From an uncultured Corynebacterium sp. (GTDB lineage Bacteria; Actinomycetota; Actinomycetes; Mycobacteriales; Mycobacteriaceae), in assembly GCA_943913645.1 (NCBI GenBank), contig CALTYZ010000003.1, positions 37,825 through 101,824 of the forward strand: 64,000 bases of DNA. The letters are read 5' to 3'. Positions 37,982 through 47,546 of the stretch are shown here, one piece after another (position 1 is the first letter of the stretch; each line of letters begins with the position of its first letter). The notes under the pieces were generated by a model. It searched no databases. It was not told where the DNA came from and was given only the letters and a program-made list of their open reading frames with translations. Position numbers and translations under genes: made by a program.

Positions 37982-40065
37982 TACTTGTAGTTCCTTGCCT
38001 GAAGCGGGATCGAATCGAAGTACAGGGGTTCTGCGTGGCGGATAAACTCGCGCTCGCCGGCCGGCTCCCATGCCGACACGAAGCACCAGTTCTCGTCATC
38101 GCGCTTCGCCTCACCATCATCGGTGAGGTGATCCATACGGTAGTGAGCACCGCATGATTCGTCGCGGTCGAGGGCGTCAACGCACATCAGCTCGCCTAAG
38201 TTGATGTAGTCCACCAGGCGGATGGCCGCCTCGAGGGTTTGGTTCATATCGTTCGGCGAGCCCGGGATAGACAGGTTGCGCCAGACGTCCTCACGCAGGG
38301 CGCGGATCCTCTCAATGCCCTCCTGCAGGCCTTCGACAGTGCGCGACACACCACAGAACTCGTACAGGATGGCGCCGAGCTGCTCGTGGTAGTGCTCCGG
38401 ACCGTGCGGTTCCGGGCCCTCGATGCGCATGAGCCGCTCGATCAAGTCTTGGGTGCGAGTCACCGCCTCGTTGACCTCTGGTGCCTCCAGCGACAGAACT
38501 TCTTCACCGAGGTGGTTGGCCAGATAGTTCGGGATGGTGAACGGGAGCGTGAACCAGCCATCCACCGACGCCGACAGCAGCGAGTTAGCACCCAGGCGGT
38601 TCGCACCGTGGTAGGTCCACGAGCACTCACCTGCGGCGAACAAACCGTCAATTGAGGTCATCTCATTGAAGTCGGTCCACAGCCCACCCATGGTGAAGTG
38701 AACAGTCGGGGCGATGCGCATCGGTGACTTGTACGGGTCATCGCCAGTGGAGTCCTCGTACATCTCAAACAGGTTGGAATAGCGCTCGCGGATGGTGTCT
38801 TCACCGAGGCGCTCGATTGCGTCGGTGAAGTCCAGGTATGCGGAGTTATGCAGCGGGCCAACACCATAGCCAGCGTTGAGCTGCTGAGAGATCGCGCGCG
38901 AGGCGACGTCGCGCGGCACCAGGTTACCGAAGGCCGGGTAACGGCGCTCCAAGAAGTAATCGCGCTCCTCTTCCGGAATGGCATTCGGGTCGCGGTCATC
39001 GCCTTTTTCTTTCGGCGTCCAAATTCGGCCATCATTACGCAGCGACTCTGACATCAGCGTGGTCTTTGCCTGCCACTTCGCGTTGACCGGCAGGCCGGTC
39101 GGGTGGAACTGCACGAAGCAGGGCGAGGCAAGGTACGCGCCGCGCTCATAGGCACGCATGATCGCCGAGGCGTTGGAGTTCTTCGCCAGCGTCGTCTTGT
39201 GGTACACGTTGCCGTACCCGCCGGTCGCGAGAATCACAGCGTGGCCGGTAAACGGTGTGATCGCACCATCGATGAGGTTACGGGTGACAATGCCTTTGCA
39301 CCGCTTCTTGCCGTTTTCCTCGGTGATGATGAGATCCATCAGGTCGTTGTGGGTGAAGATCTCCACATTGCCCAGGTGAATCTGGCGCTGCAGCGCGGAT
39401 GCAGTCGACAACTGCAGCTGCTGGCCTGTTTGGCCGCGGGTGTAGTAGGTGCGAGACACTTGCACACCGCCAAACGAGCGGGTTGCTAGGGTACCGCCGT
39501 ATTCGCGGGCAAATGGCGCACCGATTGCGTTCATATGGTCGATGACGCGGACCGATTCGACGGCCAGGCGCCAGCAGTCCGACTCGCGGCAGCGGTAGTC
39601 GCCGCCCTTGACGGTGTCTTTAACGTGACGGTAGGCGCCGTCATTGTCGACCTTCTTGCCGCGGGCGGAGTTAACACCACCCTGGGCCGCAATGGAGTGC
39701 GCGCGACGCGGGGCGTCATGGTAGGTGAAAACCTTGACGTTGTAGCCCAGCTCACCGAGTGCAGCTGCGGCGGCACCGCCCGAAAGGCCGGTGCCGACCA
39801 CCAGCACCGTGAACTTGCGGCGGTTGAGTGGGGAGACCAGGTTCATGTGGTCTTTTTGCCATTCCCACATGTCGCGCATCCGCACTTCATCGCGGTTCGG
39901 TTCGGATGTGGAAAGGATCTCACCCAGCGTCACACCAGCAACGGAGGATTGCGGCTGGCGGAACGCAGCCTGGACGGCTGCCCCCTTGGCCGCAGCCGTG
40001 GTGTCCTGTTTTGCGTTCTTATCAGAGCCGGAAGCGCCCTTGCCCGTGTTAATTGAGGTAGTCAT
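37981..40065 (-). CDS. sdhA: succinate dehydrogenase flavoprotein subunit (actinobacterial long form)
   Basis: 694 aa; FAD Rossmann VLVVGTGLSGGAAAAAL; covalent-FAD His motif RAHSIAAQGG; catalytic region conserved. Confidence 0.85.
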   Translation of the reverse strand: MTTSINTGKGASGSDKNAKQDTTAAAKGAAVQAAFRQPQSSVAGVTLGEILSTSEPNRDEVRMRDMWEWQKDHMNLVSPLNRRKFTVLVVGTGLSGGAAAAALGELGYNVKVFTYHDAPRRAHSIAAQGGVNSARGKKVDNDGAYRHVKDTVKGGDYRCRESDCWRLAVESVRVIDHMNAIGAPFAREYGGTLATRSFGGVQVSRTYYTRGQTGQQLQLSTASALQRQIHLGNVEIFTHNDLMDLIITEENGKKRCKGIVTRNLIDGAITPFTGHAVILATGGYGNVYHKTTLAKNSNASAIMRAYERGAYLASPCFVQFHPTGLPVNAKWQAKTTLMSESLRNDGRIWTPKEKGDDRDPNAIPEEERDYFLERRYPAFGNLVPRDVASRAISQQLNAGYGVGPLHNSAYLDFTDAIERLGEDTIRERYSNLFEMYEDSTGDDPYKSPMRIAPTVHFTMGGLWTDFNEMTSIDGLFAAGECSWTYHGANRLGANSLLSASVDGWFTLPFTIPNYLANHLGEEVLSLEAPEVNEAVTRTQDLIERLMRIEGPEPHGPEHYHEQLGAILYEFCGVSRTVEGLQEGIERIRALREDVWRNLSIPGSPNDMNQTLEAAIRLVDYINLGELMCVDALDRDESCGAHYRMDHLTDDGEAKRDDENWCFVSAWEPAGEREFIRHAEPLYFDSIPLQARNYK

Positions 40066-40086
40066 TGATGTTTCTCCTAATCAGCG

Positions 40087-40860
40087 TTAGCGCGAGAATT
40101 CCGGCACCCAGCCGAGTGCAATGGCGATCGGCAACACGATGTTGCCCACGACAACAATGAACGGCAGTACGTACGCCAACAGCACCATCAGACCACGACC
40201 CCGCTCGCCGAGCCAGCCTAAGTCGGAGACTGCAAGGTACACGCCGTGGGTCAGGTGCAGTGCGAGCGCGAGCATGGCCAAGACATAGAACAGGGTCACA
40301 AACCAGCGCTCTGGGGCGAAGGTTGCCAGCAGGTTGTCACGCACTGCACCGTGCACGAACTCGTTCGATGCCACGACCTCACCGATGGTCAAGTCAAGCA
40401 GGTGGAAGATGATGAACAGCAGCAGAATAACGCCGGTAGCCAGCATCCAACGCGTAGCGGTGGACTGCCAGCCGCCCATGAGGTTAGTGCGCTTGAATTT
40501 GCCGCGTGAGCGTGCTGACCGGCCGTGGAGGACGAACGCACCCCAGACGTGCAGCACGAGGCAAGCCAGCAGCACAATGCGGAGAATCCAGAGGAATCCC
40601 TCACGTGGGAAGAGTGGTTCACCCATGGTGCGAAGGAACTCGCCGTATTCATCGATCGGTGCGACACCGTTCGGGTTGAGCGGCATGAAGATCTTCAGGT
40701 TGCCCACCATGTGACCAAGCACGAACAGGCCGAAAATGAGGCCGGTAATGGCCATGGTGAGTTTTACGGCCCAAGTAGGAAATGACGGCCGCGCGCGCAG
40801 CGGCGCTTCGTTGATTTTTCCGTGACGAATGGAATCACGTTCTGCGTTTTGTACAGTCAT
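40087..40860 (-). CDS. sdhC: succinate dehydrogenase cytochrome b membrane subunit
   Basis: 257 aa; five TM helices with conserved His residues; first gene of sdhC-sdhA-sdhB operon, no separate sdhD (Corynebacterium-type). Confidence 0.7.
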   Translation of the reverse strand: MTVQNAERDSIRHGKINEAPLRARPSFPTWAVKLTMAITGLIFGLFVLGHMVGNLKIFMPLNPNGVAPIDEYGEFLRTMGEPLFPREGFLWILRIVLLACLVLHVWGAFVLHGRSARSRGKFKRTNLMGGWQSTATRWMLATGVILLLFIIFHLLDLTIGEVVASNEFVHGAVRDNLLATFAPERWFVTLFYVLAMLALALHLTHGVYLAVSDLGWLGERGRGLMVLLAYVLPFIVVVGNIVLPIAIALGWVPEFSR

Positions 40861-41180
40861 GGCACCTCCAGTGTTGCTTTCACTTTAAGGAACGCGCCCG
40901 GTGTCCACATAGTTGGGTACCCAGGCAGTCTCACGCGTTCAGCCCCGCTCACCCACACTCGTGGGGTGTCGGTTCCGCCTCACGGCGCGTAATCGGCGGA
41001 TAGTTGACACCACGCACACTAAATGTGATTTACACCACCGTGAATTGACGGCCGGGCAAAGTCCACCCCCCTTACCCCGTTGGGTGTCATCCTTTCGTTG
41101 GTAAGTCCGTACTAACCTCGGCGTTTGCATGCGCCATCAGCACCGACCGCAGTTGGCGGTTCTTATGTATCGTGGGGCGC

Positions 41181-41645
41181 ATGTCTGATACCACAACCTC
41201 AAATTCAGCTACCCGCCAGATCGATGCTCCAGCTAAGGAGATCTTCGATATTCTTTCCAACCCTCAGCGTCACGCCGAGACCGACGGCTCTGGCATGGTC
41301 CAATCCGCCGATCACGGTGAGCGCATCAAAAATGTCGGCGATACGTTCACCATGAACATGACCAAGGAAGACGGCGACTACCAGACCCTCAACGAGGTGT
41401 TCGCCTTCCAAGAAGACCGAGTTATTGGCTGGAAGAATGTGGAAAATACCACCGCACAGGTGAAGGTTGGCGCGAAGTGGCTGTATGAGCTCGAACCCAT
41501 CGACGCAGATAACACACAGGTTACTTTGACCTACCAGCGCGATGAGATCGAATTGGACAACGTACGCAAACTATCGGAGAAGTTCGACGACGACTTCTTG
41601 GCAAAGTCCCTCGACTCCCTCGCCAAGGCCGTCTCCGGGAGCTAA
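41181..41645 (+). CDS. SRPBCC-superfamily (polyketide cyclase/START-like) protein
   Basis: ~154 aa; Bet v1-like pattern; start taken at ATG 41181 (MSDTTTSNS...), track GTG 41172 alternative. Confidence 0.45.
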   Translation: MSDTTTSNSATRQIDAPAKEIFDILSNPQRHAETDGSGMVQSADHGERIKNVGDTFTMNMTKEDGDYQTLNEVFAFQEDRVIGWKNVENTTAQVKVGAKWLYELEPIDADNTQVTLTYQRDEIELDNVRKLSEKFDDDFLAKSLDSLAKAVSGS

Positions 41646-41662
41646 TCACTTAGCGACGAAAC

Positions 41663-41702
41663 AAAAGGTGCCGCCCCTATCCGGGGACGGCACCTTTTGT
41701 TT
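41663..41702. terminator. bidirectional rho-independent terminator between SRPBCC gene (+) and lpd (-)
   Basis: AAAAGGTGCCGCCCC-TATCC-GGGGACGGCACCTTTTGTTTG: 11-bp perfect stem plus extension, A-run on one side and T-run on the other, between convergent genes. Confidence 0.6.
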
Positions 41703-41744
41703 GCACTGTGCTGCTTTTGCACTGCGCAAGCACAGGCGGCATGC

Positions 41745-43163
41745 CTACAGGTTGATCATGTGCCCTTCAACACCGTGCGCAATCTCTTTGAGCACCTCAG
41801 ACAATGTCGGGTGAATATGGATTGAGCGCGCAATTTCGGCAGCAGTCAGGTCGAAGCGCTGCGCAAGCACAACCTCCGGCATCAGCTCGGAGACATGCGC
41901 GCCAACAAGGTGGCAGCCCAGGATCTCACCGAACTCGGCGTCAGCGACAAGCTTGCCAAAACCAGCGGTTTCGTTCAGGCCGACCGCCTTGCCGTTGGCG
42001 GTGAATGGGAAGGTTGCCACCTTGATATCGCGGTCTGGCCACTTCTCCTTCGCCTGCTCCTCGGTGTAGCCCATGGAGGCGACCTGCGGGTTGCAGAATG
42101 TGGCACGCGGCGTCATCAAGTAGTCCTCGATCTCGAGTGTTTCCGCATCGGCGATCGTTTCCGCGGCGATGATGCCTTGTGCCTCTGCAACGTGCGCGAG
42201 CTGGAGTTTTGCAGTGACATCACCAATCGCATAAATGTGCTCAACGTTGGTGCGCATCCGCTCATCGATGGCGATTGCACCGCGGTCTGTGAGCTCAACA
42301 CCGACGTTCTCAAGGCCAAAGCCCTCAACGCGGGGTGCGAACCCGACTGAGATCATGACGCGGTCAACGGTGAGCGTTTCTGTTTGGTCAGAGCCGTTTT
42401 TCTTGATGTCCACCTCGACGGAGTCACCGTTGTCGCGCACTGCCGTGGTGGCGTGGCCGGTGAGTAGCTTCACGCCGAGCTTCTTGTAACGCTTCGCGAT
42501 CTCCTTGGAGACATCCTTGTCTTCATTCGGGAGCACCCGATCCATGTATTCCACCACGGTGACATCCACCCCGTAGTTCGACAAGACGTAGGCGAACTCC
42601 ATGCCGATCGCCCCAGCACCAACGATGACCATCTTTTCGGGGGCCTCAGGGTTGAGGATCTGCTCTTCGTAGGAGACTACGTTTTCTGAAAGTTCAATGC
42701 CCGGCAGGGTACGCACGACAGATCCGGTGGCGATGATGCAGTCGTCGAAAGTGACGACCTTGCCCTTGTCGTCGCCTTCGGTGATCTCGATGGTGGAGGC
42801 GTCTTTGAATGAACCCAGGCCGTGGATCTCCTGGATCTTGTTCTTCTTCATCAAGTAGTGCACGCCACCAACAATCTTGTCGGAGACCTGCCGGGAACGT
42901 CGGTGCGCATCCGAATAATCAAACTCGACATCGCCTTTAATGCCGAAGCTTTTCGCTTCATGGTTGAAAATCTCGGCGACCTCGGCGTTTTTAATCAGCG
43001 CCTTCGAGGGAATACAGCCCACATTAAGGCACACACCGCCCCAGTACTGCTTCTCTACTACAGCCACCTTCTTACCCAGCTGAGCTGCACGGATAGCGGC
43101 AACGTAGCCACCGGGGCCCGCACCAAGGACAACAACGTCAAAATGTTCGTTACTCACGCTCAA
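41745..43163 (-). CDS. lpd: dihydrolipoyl dehydrogenase
   Basis: 472 aa; FAD motif [22 protein letters not shown]; redox-active disulfide [15 protein letters not shown]; C-terminal dimerisation HP motif region. Confidence 0.85.
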   Translation of the reverse strand: MSVSNEHFDVVVLGAGPGGYVAAIRAAQLGKKVAVVEKQYWGGVCLNVGCIPSKALIKNAEVAEIFNHEAKSFGIKGDVEFDYSDAHRRSRQVSDKIVGGVHYLMKKNKIQEIHGLGSFKDASTIEITEGDDKGKVVTFDDCIIATGSVVRTLPGIELSENVVSYEEQILNPEAPEKMVIVGAGAIGMEFAYVLSNYGVDVTVVEYMDRVLPNEDKDVSKEIAKRYKKLGVKLLTGHATTAVRDNGDSVEVDIKKNGSDQTETLTVDRVMISVGFAPRVEGFGLENVGVELTDRGAIAIDERMRTNVEHIYAIGDVTAKLQLAHVAEAQGIIAAETIADAETLEIEDYLMTPRATFCNPQVASMGYTEEQAKEKWPDRDIKVATFPFTANGKAVGLNETAGFGKLVADAEFGEILGCHLVGAHVSELMPEVVLAQRFDLTAAEIARSIHIHPTLSEVLKEIAHGVEGHMINL

Positions 43164-43312
43164 TAGGATACGTGCGTTCTCAGGTTTCGGCCGCCGTGTT
43201 CACGCGTGTTCACCCGTGTTCGCCCCTGCCCACCCGCATACGCGCGCAAATCTGGCAAGATATACCAAGCGAATTGATCTTGAACTGTTCTTTCACGAAA
43301 GCGACTTGACGT

Positions 43313-44767
43313 ATGAAACTCACACGCCCAGCTATCGCTGCAGTGGCCGCCGTGGCTATCGCCGCAGGCGCAATTCCCGTTGCTATTCAGTACAACACGG
43401 TAGCGAACACAGTATCTGCTGCTAACACGAGCACGACTGAAAACGCAGCTGGCGCCACTGATATGCGCGCAGCCGCGATGAACGGTGCCCAATCCGAGGT
43501 GACCAGCACCCTACCGGCCAACCCAGGCATCGCCCCAGAGCGTGCCGAGCTTGCGAATGCGGCGGCTGCAGAGCCGAACGCAACCGCAGACGAACCGGCA
43601 GTGAAGCCGGGCGAAGCAGGTGCCTCCGTTCCGGACGGTGACCTCGAGGGGCTTGCGGAAGTAGTTGATGAGGCGCTGAACGAGGACGCCACCGAAGCAG
43701 ACCTGCACAACATGCCACAGGTCGATGCTGGTGCGACAAGGGCCACACCAGATAACGTCAAGCCGCTGACGCAAACCCCGAAGGACTACCAGGGTCTGGA
43801 CCAGGGCTGGGTGGAGTGGATTCAAAAGATCCGCGGCGGTGAGGCACTGACCGTGCATTCCGCGTCCATGGGTCGCGATATTCCCCTCGCTGTGATCCGC
43901 GCCCAGGATGCGTCCGGCAAGTTTCTGGAGGGAGCACCGACCTACTACCTGCTCAATGGTGCGGGCGGATCAGAGCAGAACACTGACTGGATCATGCAGG
44001 CCTTCAACGAGGTCAAGCAGCTGTTTGAAAATGAGCCGGTCAACGTTGTCATCCCGATGGAGGGCGCATTTTCCTACTACGTCGACTGGTTGACAGAGCC
44101 CGAGCAGAACAAGTACTTCCACGGCAAACAGTTGTGGTCGACGTTCCTTGGCACCGAGCTACCTAATTCAATCGAGCCGTACATGCAGGCTAACGACAAA
44201 CGTGCCGTGTCAGGCTTTTCCATGTCCGCCACGTCTTCACTGCTGCTTGCTGAGCACAACCCGGGACGCTACGCGGCGGTGGGGTCTTTCTCAGGGTGTG
44301 CTGCCACGTCAACGCCGCTGCCGTCGTTCTTTGTCGGTTTGACGGTGAACCGTGGTTCTGCCGGCAAGGGCAACATCACACCGAACAACCTGTGGGGACC
44401 TACCGGTTCTGAGTACAACCGGTACAACGACGCACTGGTGATGGCGCAACACCTGCGCGGCACGAAGATCTACCTCTCCTCTGGCACCGGGTTGGCTAGC
44501 GAATCTGACATGGCCGGCTACCTCCAAAACGTCCGCAATATGACGTCGAGTGAGGCCCTGGCGAACGCTGCAACACTGCAGATTGAGGGCGGGGCGATTG
44601 AGGCGGCCATGAATGCCTGCTCACATGACCTCAACGCCAAGCTCAACGCGCTGAGTATTCCGGTGACGTTTAATCAGCGGCCGACCGGCACGCACTCCTG
44701 GCCGCTGTGGAAAGATGACCTGCAGGTTTCCTGGCAGCAGGTCATCAAACCTGCACTGGGGCTGTAA
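43313..44767 (+). CDS. mycolyltransferase (Ag85/PS1-like esterase, corynomycolyl transferase)
   Basis: 484 aa; signal peptide MKLTRPAIAAVAAVAIAAGA; long Ala/Thr-rich linker then esterase domain with YYLLNGAGGSEQNTDWI and serine motif GFSMSATSSLLLA. Confidence 0.7.
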   Translation: MKLTRPAIAAVAAVAIAAGAIPVAIQYNTVANTVSAANTSTTENAAGATDMRAAAMNGAQSEVTSTLPANPGIAPERAELANAAAAEPNATADEPAVKPGEAGASVPDGDLEGLAEVVDEALNEDATEADLHNMPQVDAGATRATPDNVKPLTQTPKDYQGLDQGWVEWIQKIRGGEALTVHSASMGRDIPLAVIRAQDASGKFLEGAPTYYLLNGAGGSEQNTDWIMQAFNEVKQLFENEPVNVVIPMEGAFSYYVDWLTEPEQNKYFHGKQLWSTFLGTELPNSIEPYMQANDKRAVSGFSMSATSSLLLAEHNPGRYAAVGSFSGCAATSTPLPSFFVGLTVNRGSAGKGNITPNNLWGPTGSEYNRYNDALVMAQHLRGTKIYLSSGTGLASESDMAGYLQNVRNMTSSEALANAATLQIEGGAIEAAMNACSHDLNAKLNALSIPVTFNQRPTGTHSWPLWKDDLQVSWQQVIKPALGL

Positions 44768-44790
44768 AGCAGAAGCCTGACGGTCTTGGG

Positions 44791-44901
44791 CTAGAACAAT
44801 CCGAGGCCGTAGGCCAGCGCCGATGAGGTTGAAGACCCTTGGTGAATCAGTGCGCCAAGCACAGTGTTGATCTGCAGCTGAAGGTGCTCGAAGAGATTCA
44901 T
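44791..44901 (-). CDS. candidate small ORF (36 aa) between the two mycolyltransferase genes
   Basis: ATG at 44899-44901 preceded by AAGGA Shine-Dalgarno (cacgaaAAGGAtaaccattATG) on the minus strand. It encodes MNLFEHLQLQINTVLGALIHQGSSTSSALAYGLGLF. GC is lower than the neighbours. No homology recognised. Confidence 0.25.
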   Translation of the reverse strand: MNLFEHLQLQINTVLGALIHQGSSTSSALAYGLGLF

Positions 44902-45007
44902 AATGGTTATCCTTTTCGTGTAGTCACCCCTGTGGGGGATGAGCGTCTGGCGGGTTAGCCGTGGTGCAGCGCTTTTCAGCTGCACCCCTGCCGTAATATA
45001 GCCAATT

Positions 45008-46156
45008 ATGAGCATAAAGCGATTGATTGCGGTTTTTGTGACGGCCGCTGCAGCATCCTCGATCGCCGCCGGTCACTTTCCCGAAGCCAGCGCCGCTAAC
45101 GTCACCGCCGCCCAGGTTGCCGGGCAAACCCCGGTGGGCACCGTGAAAGCATGGGATGCCCCGTCCTCGCCACCACGCGTTGTCAACACCGGTGAGCCAC
45201 AGGAGTGGGTGCGCCAAGTTGACCACAAGAACGTGCTTTCCTACCTGGTCTACTCCCCTTCGATGAATCGGGATATTCCGATCGCTGTGTTGCCTGCAAC
45301 GGATGCTGCGGGCAACCGCGTAGCCCAAGCCCCGATCATTTACCTACTCAATGGGGCTGGAAGTGCGGAGCAGAACCAGGATTGGATACGGCAGGCCAAT
45401 GTGCGGGACTTCTTCGCCGGCAAGGGTGTCAACGTTGTCATCCCGCAAGCTGGCGCGTTTTCTTACTACACCGACTGGGTGGATTCGACCGTTCGCTCCC
45501 CGTATGTCAACGGCCCGCAGAAATGGGAGACCTTTTTAACAAAGGAGCTTCCCGGCCCCATCGAGCGCACACTCAACGCCGATAATCGTCGCGCCATCGT
45601 TGGGTTTTCTATGTCGGGGACATCCTCACTTGTGCTGCCTACTCACCAGCCTGGGTTCTACGACGCTGCGGCGTCGCTCTCCGGCTGCGCAGCAACATCG
45701 TCGCCTCACGGGTATACCTACGCGCGCCTTACCGTGAACCGGGCGGGCTACGGTGATTTCCGCACCGTCACCCCGGAGCGCATGTGGGGCCCGATGGGCG
45801 GACCGTATAACCGTTGGAATGACGCGTTGGTGAACGCCGAGAAACTGCGCGGCACGCAGCTCTACATTTCGTCTGCCACGGGTCTCGCCGGGCGCGCCGA
45901 CCAAGTCAGCTACCTCACCGGGGTGGGCCTGCCGGAGCTTACTGCCCAGCTCACTGCTGCACAGCTGCAGGTTGAGGGTGGGCTCATCGAGGCGGCGATC
46001 AACCAGTGCAACCATGATCTGCGCGCCAAGCTCAACGGGCTGAATATCCCCGCCCACTACGACTTCCGCGAGGCCGGCACCCACTCGTGGCCCTACTGGC
46101 GCGAAGCACTCGGTCGCGCCTGGCAGGCGACCCTCGCCCCAGCACTGGGCCTCTAA
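45008..46156 (+). CDS. mycolyltransferase (Ag85/PS1-like esterase), tandem paralogue
   Basis: 382 aa. Signal peptide MSIKRLIAVFVTAAAASSIAA. Same domain landmarks as the upstream paralogue (IYLLNGAGSAEQNQDWI, GFSMSGTSSLVL, C-terminal NQCNHDLRAKLNGLNIP vs NACSHDLNAKLNALSIP). Confidence 0.75.
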   Translation: MSIKRLIAVFVTAAAASSIAAGHFPEASAANVTAAQVAGQTPVGTVKAWDAPSSPPRVVNTGEPQEWVRQVDHKNVLSYLVYSPSMNRDIPIAVLPATDAAGNRVAQAPIIYLLNGAGSAEQNQDWIRQANVRDFFAGKGVNVVIPQAGAFSYYTDWVDSTVRSPYVNGPQKWETFLTKELPGPIERTLNADNRRAIVGFSMSGTSSLVLPTHQPGFYDAAASLSGCAATSSPHGYTYARLTVNRAGYGDFRTVTPERMWGPMGGPYNRWNDALVNAEKLRGTQLYISSATGLAGRADQVSYLTGVGLPELTAQLTAAQLQVEGGLIEAAINQCNHDLRAKLNGLNIPAHYDFREAGTHSWPYWREALGRAWQATLAPALGL

Positions 46157-46199
46157 AAGCTTCGCCTGCTTGACGACGTCTGTGCAAAGGTGGGGTAGC

Positions 46200-47285
46200 T
46201 CAGCCCGCCGCTAGGAACTGAACTCTGGCGCGAAGCCGATCGGAATGAGCATAGATTTCTTCAGCCCCGCCTGGCAGGTCGTAGGCTATTTCTTCCCGCT
46301 CGGGGGTGAAGATAATGATGCGGGGGACCTGCCTATCAAATTGCAGTCGAGCAATCGTTTTCCGGTTGTTGTCTTTGTACAGAATCGCACAGTAACTTTT
46401 CGCATCCCGCATAACGACATCCGAGGCCGGTACCTCTGAGCAGCAGATCGCGCGAACGATCCCGAACGCTTCAATCTCCTCGTCAGTGGTGACGATGCCG
46501 TGGCTGTCGACCTCGGTCGCCAGCTCAGCGGTGTCAACATCTGCCGGATCGGCGTCACCCGCGGGGTCTTCGAGGTCTTGGGCAGACCGGAGCCGACGAT
46601 TCACCTCGTCACGCAGATATTGATTCATGGCAGTGTGGGTTAGCTCAGTAAACTTTTCCAAGTTTTGCGCGGTCATGCGTTGTGCCGTAACCCGACTGGA
46701 GATCAAGCGTACGAGATCCTGGCTCGGGGTTTTAAACTCAGCAGCGATCTCTCGGCGCAGAGCAGCTACGTACTTCAGCTCCTCAGCCATGGCGAGCAAC
46801 GTTGTTGGATCGAAGTGAGGTTTCGTCATCTTCTCCAAGTTCGGTAATGCTCGCGAATCGACGTTGCTTAAGTCCAAGATGAGGAATGGCTGCTCATCCA
46901 TCCGGTTGGCTCGGTCAAGCTGCGTATAAAATTGATAGACTTCCCCGTTTGTAAGAATTGCAAATTCCGTGTCAGTGACGTTGAAGTAGCGCACCAGCTG
47001 GCTGGCATGGTTGAGGTCCAGCGGAGAGCCGATCCGCTTGCATTCAATGAGGAAACGAAAGTCTTCTCCCTGCTTGATCGCAAAATCGACCTTTTCCCCC
47101 TTTTTCGTACCAACGTCCGCCGTATATTCGGGGATGACTTCACGAGGGTCAGTGACGTCATAGCCAAGAATCTCCGAAATAAAGGGGATGATGAACGCAG
47201 TTTTTGTTGCCTCCTCAGTTTCAATAATCGGTTTGAGGTCTCTTACTTTGCGCGCGAGGTTTGCAACGGCTTGATCCAGACTCAC
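46200..47285 (-). CDS. standalone HsdR_N-type PD-(D/E)xK nuclease-domain protein
   Basis: 361 aa. The N-terminal 110 aa match the type I restriction R-subunit N-terminal domain pattern (EEATKTAFIIPFISEILGY...KVDFAI...FLIECKRIG; D...E-x-K nuclease core). The C-terminal ~200 aa are acidic/helical. GC content is visibly lower than the flanks and an AT-rich region lies upstream. Confidence 0.55.
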   Translation of the reverse strand: MSLDQAVANLARKVRDLKPIIETEEATKTAFIIPFISEILGYDVTDPREVIPEYTADVGTKKGEKVDFAIKQGEDFRFLIECKRIGSPLDLNHASQLVRYFNVTDTEFAILTNGEVYQFYTQLDRANRMDEQPFLILDLSNVDSRALPNLEKMTKPHFDPTTLLAMAEELKYVAALRREIAAEFKTPSQDLVRLISSRVTAQRMTAQNLEKFTELTHTAMNQYLRDEVNRRLRSAQDLEDPAGDADPADVDTAELATEVDSHGIVTTDEEIEAFGIVRAICCSEVPASDVVMRDAKSYCAILYKDNNRKTIARLQFDRQVPRIIIFTPEREEIAYDLPGGAEEIYAHSDRLRARVQFLAAG

Positions 47286-47406
47286 GTGACCCCTCCTAAT
47301 GGGCGACAGGCTCGAATATCAAAATTAGCTTAAATACTAGACAATTAATCTAATTTAGCTGTGATTTCATTGAAAGTCGGGACCCTTTTTCCTCAACAGA
47401 TACTCG

Positions 47407-47428
47407 AGGGTTGTCCGCGCGGCGGACA
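47407..47428. repeat. 22-bp motif AGGGTTGTCCGCGCGGCGGACA (contains 17-bp palindrome TGTCCGC-GCG-GCGGACA), copy 1
   Basis: Exact 22/22 identity with 60359-60380; located in divergent promoter region between HsdR_N-like gene and flippase-like gene. Confidence 0.5.
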
Positions 47429-47546
47429 TTCGCGGACACAGGCGAACTTCCGCACGAACCTGGAGGGTGCCAGCCCAGGGCGAACTACACTGTGTTGTCG
47501 TTATGACGAATCTTGACGCACGAGCGCTGGTGGGCGCGCGGCGGGA

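Noticed and set aside
37982-38086. 35-aa N-terminal extension of sdhB overlapping the 3' end of sdhA
   Set aside because: The internal ATG at 37981 gives the canonical SdhB N-terminus and a TAATG stop/start overlap; the extension would be translated from inside sdhA in another frame.
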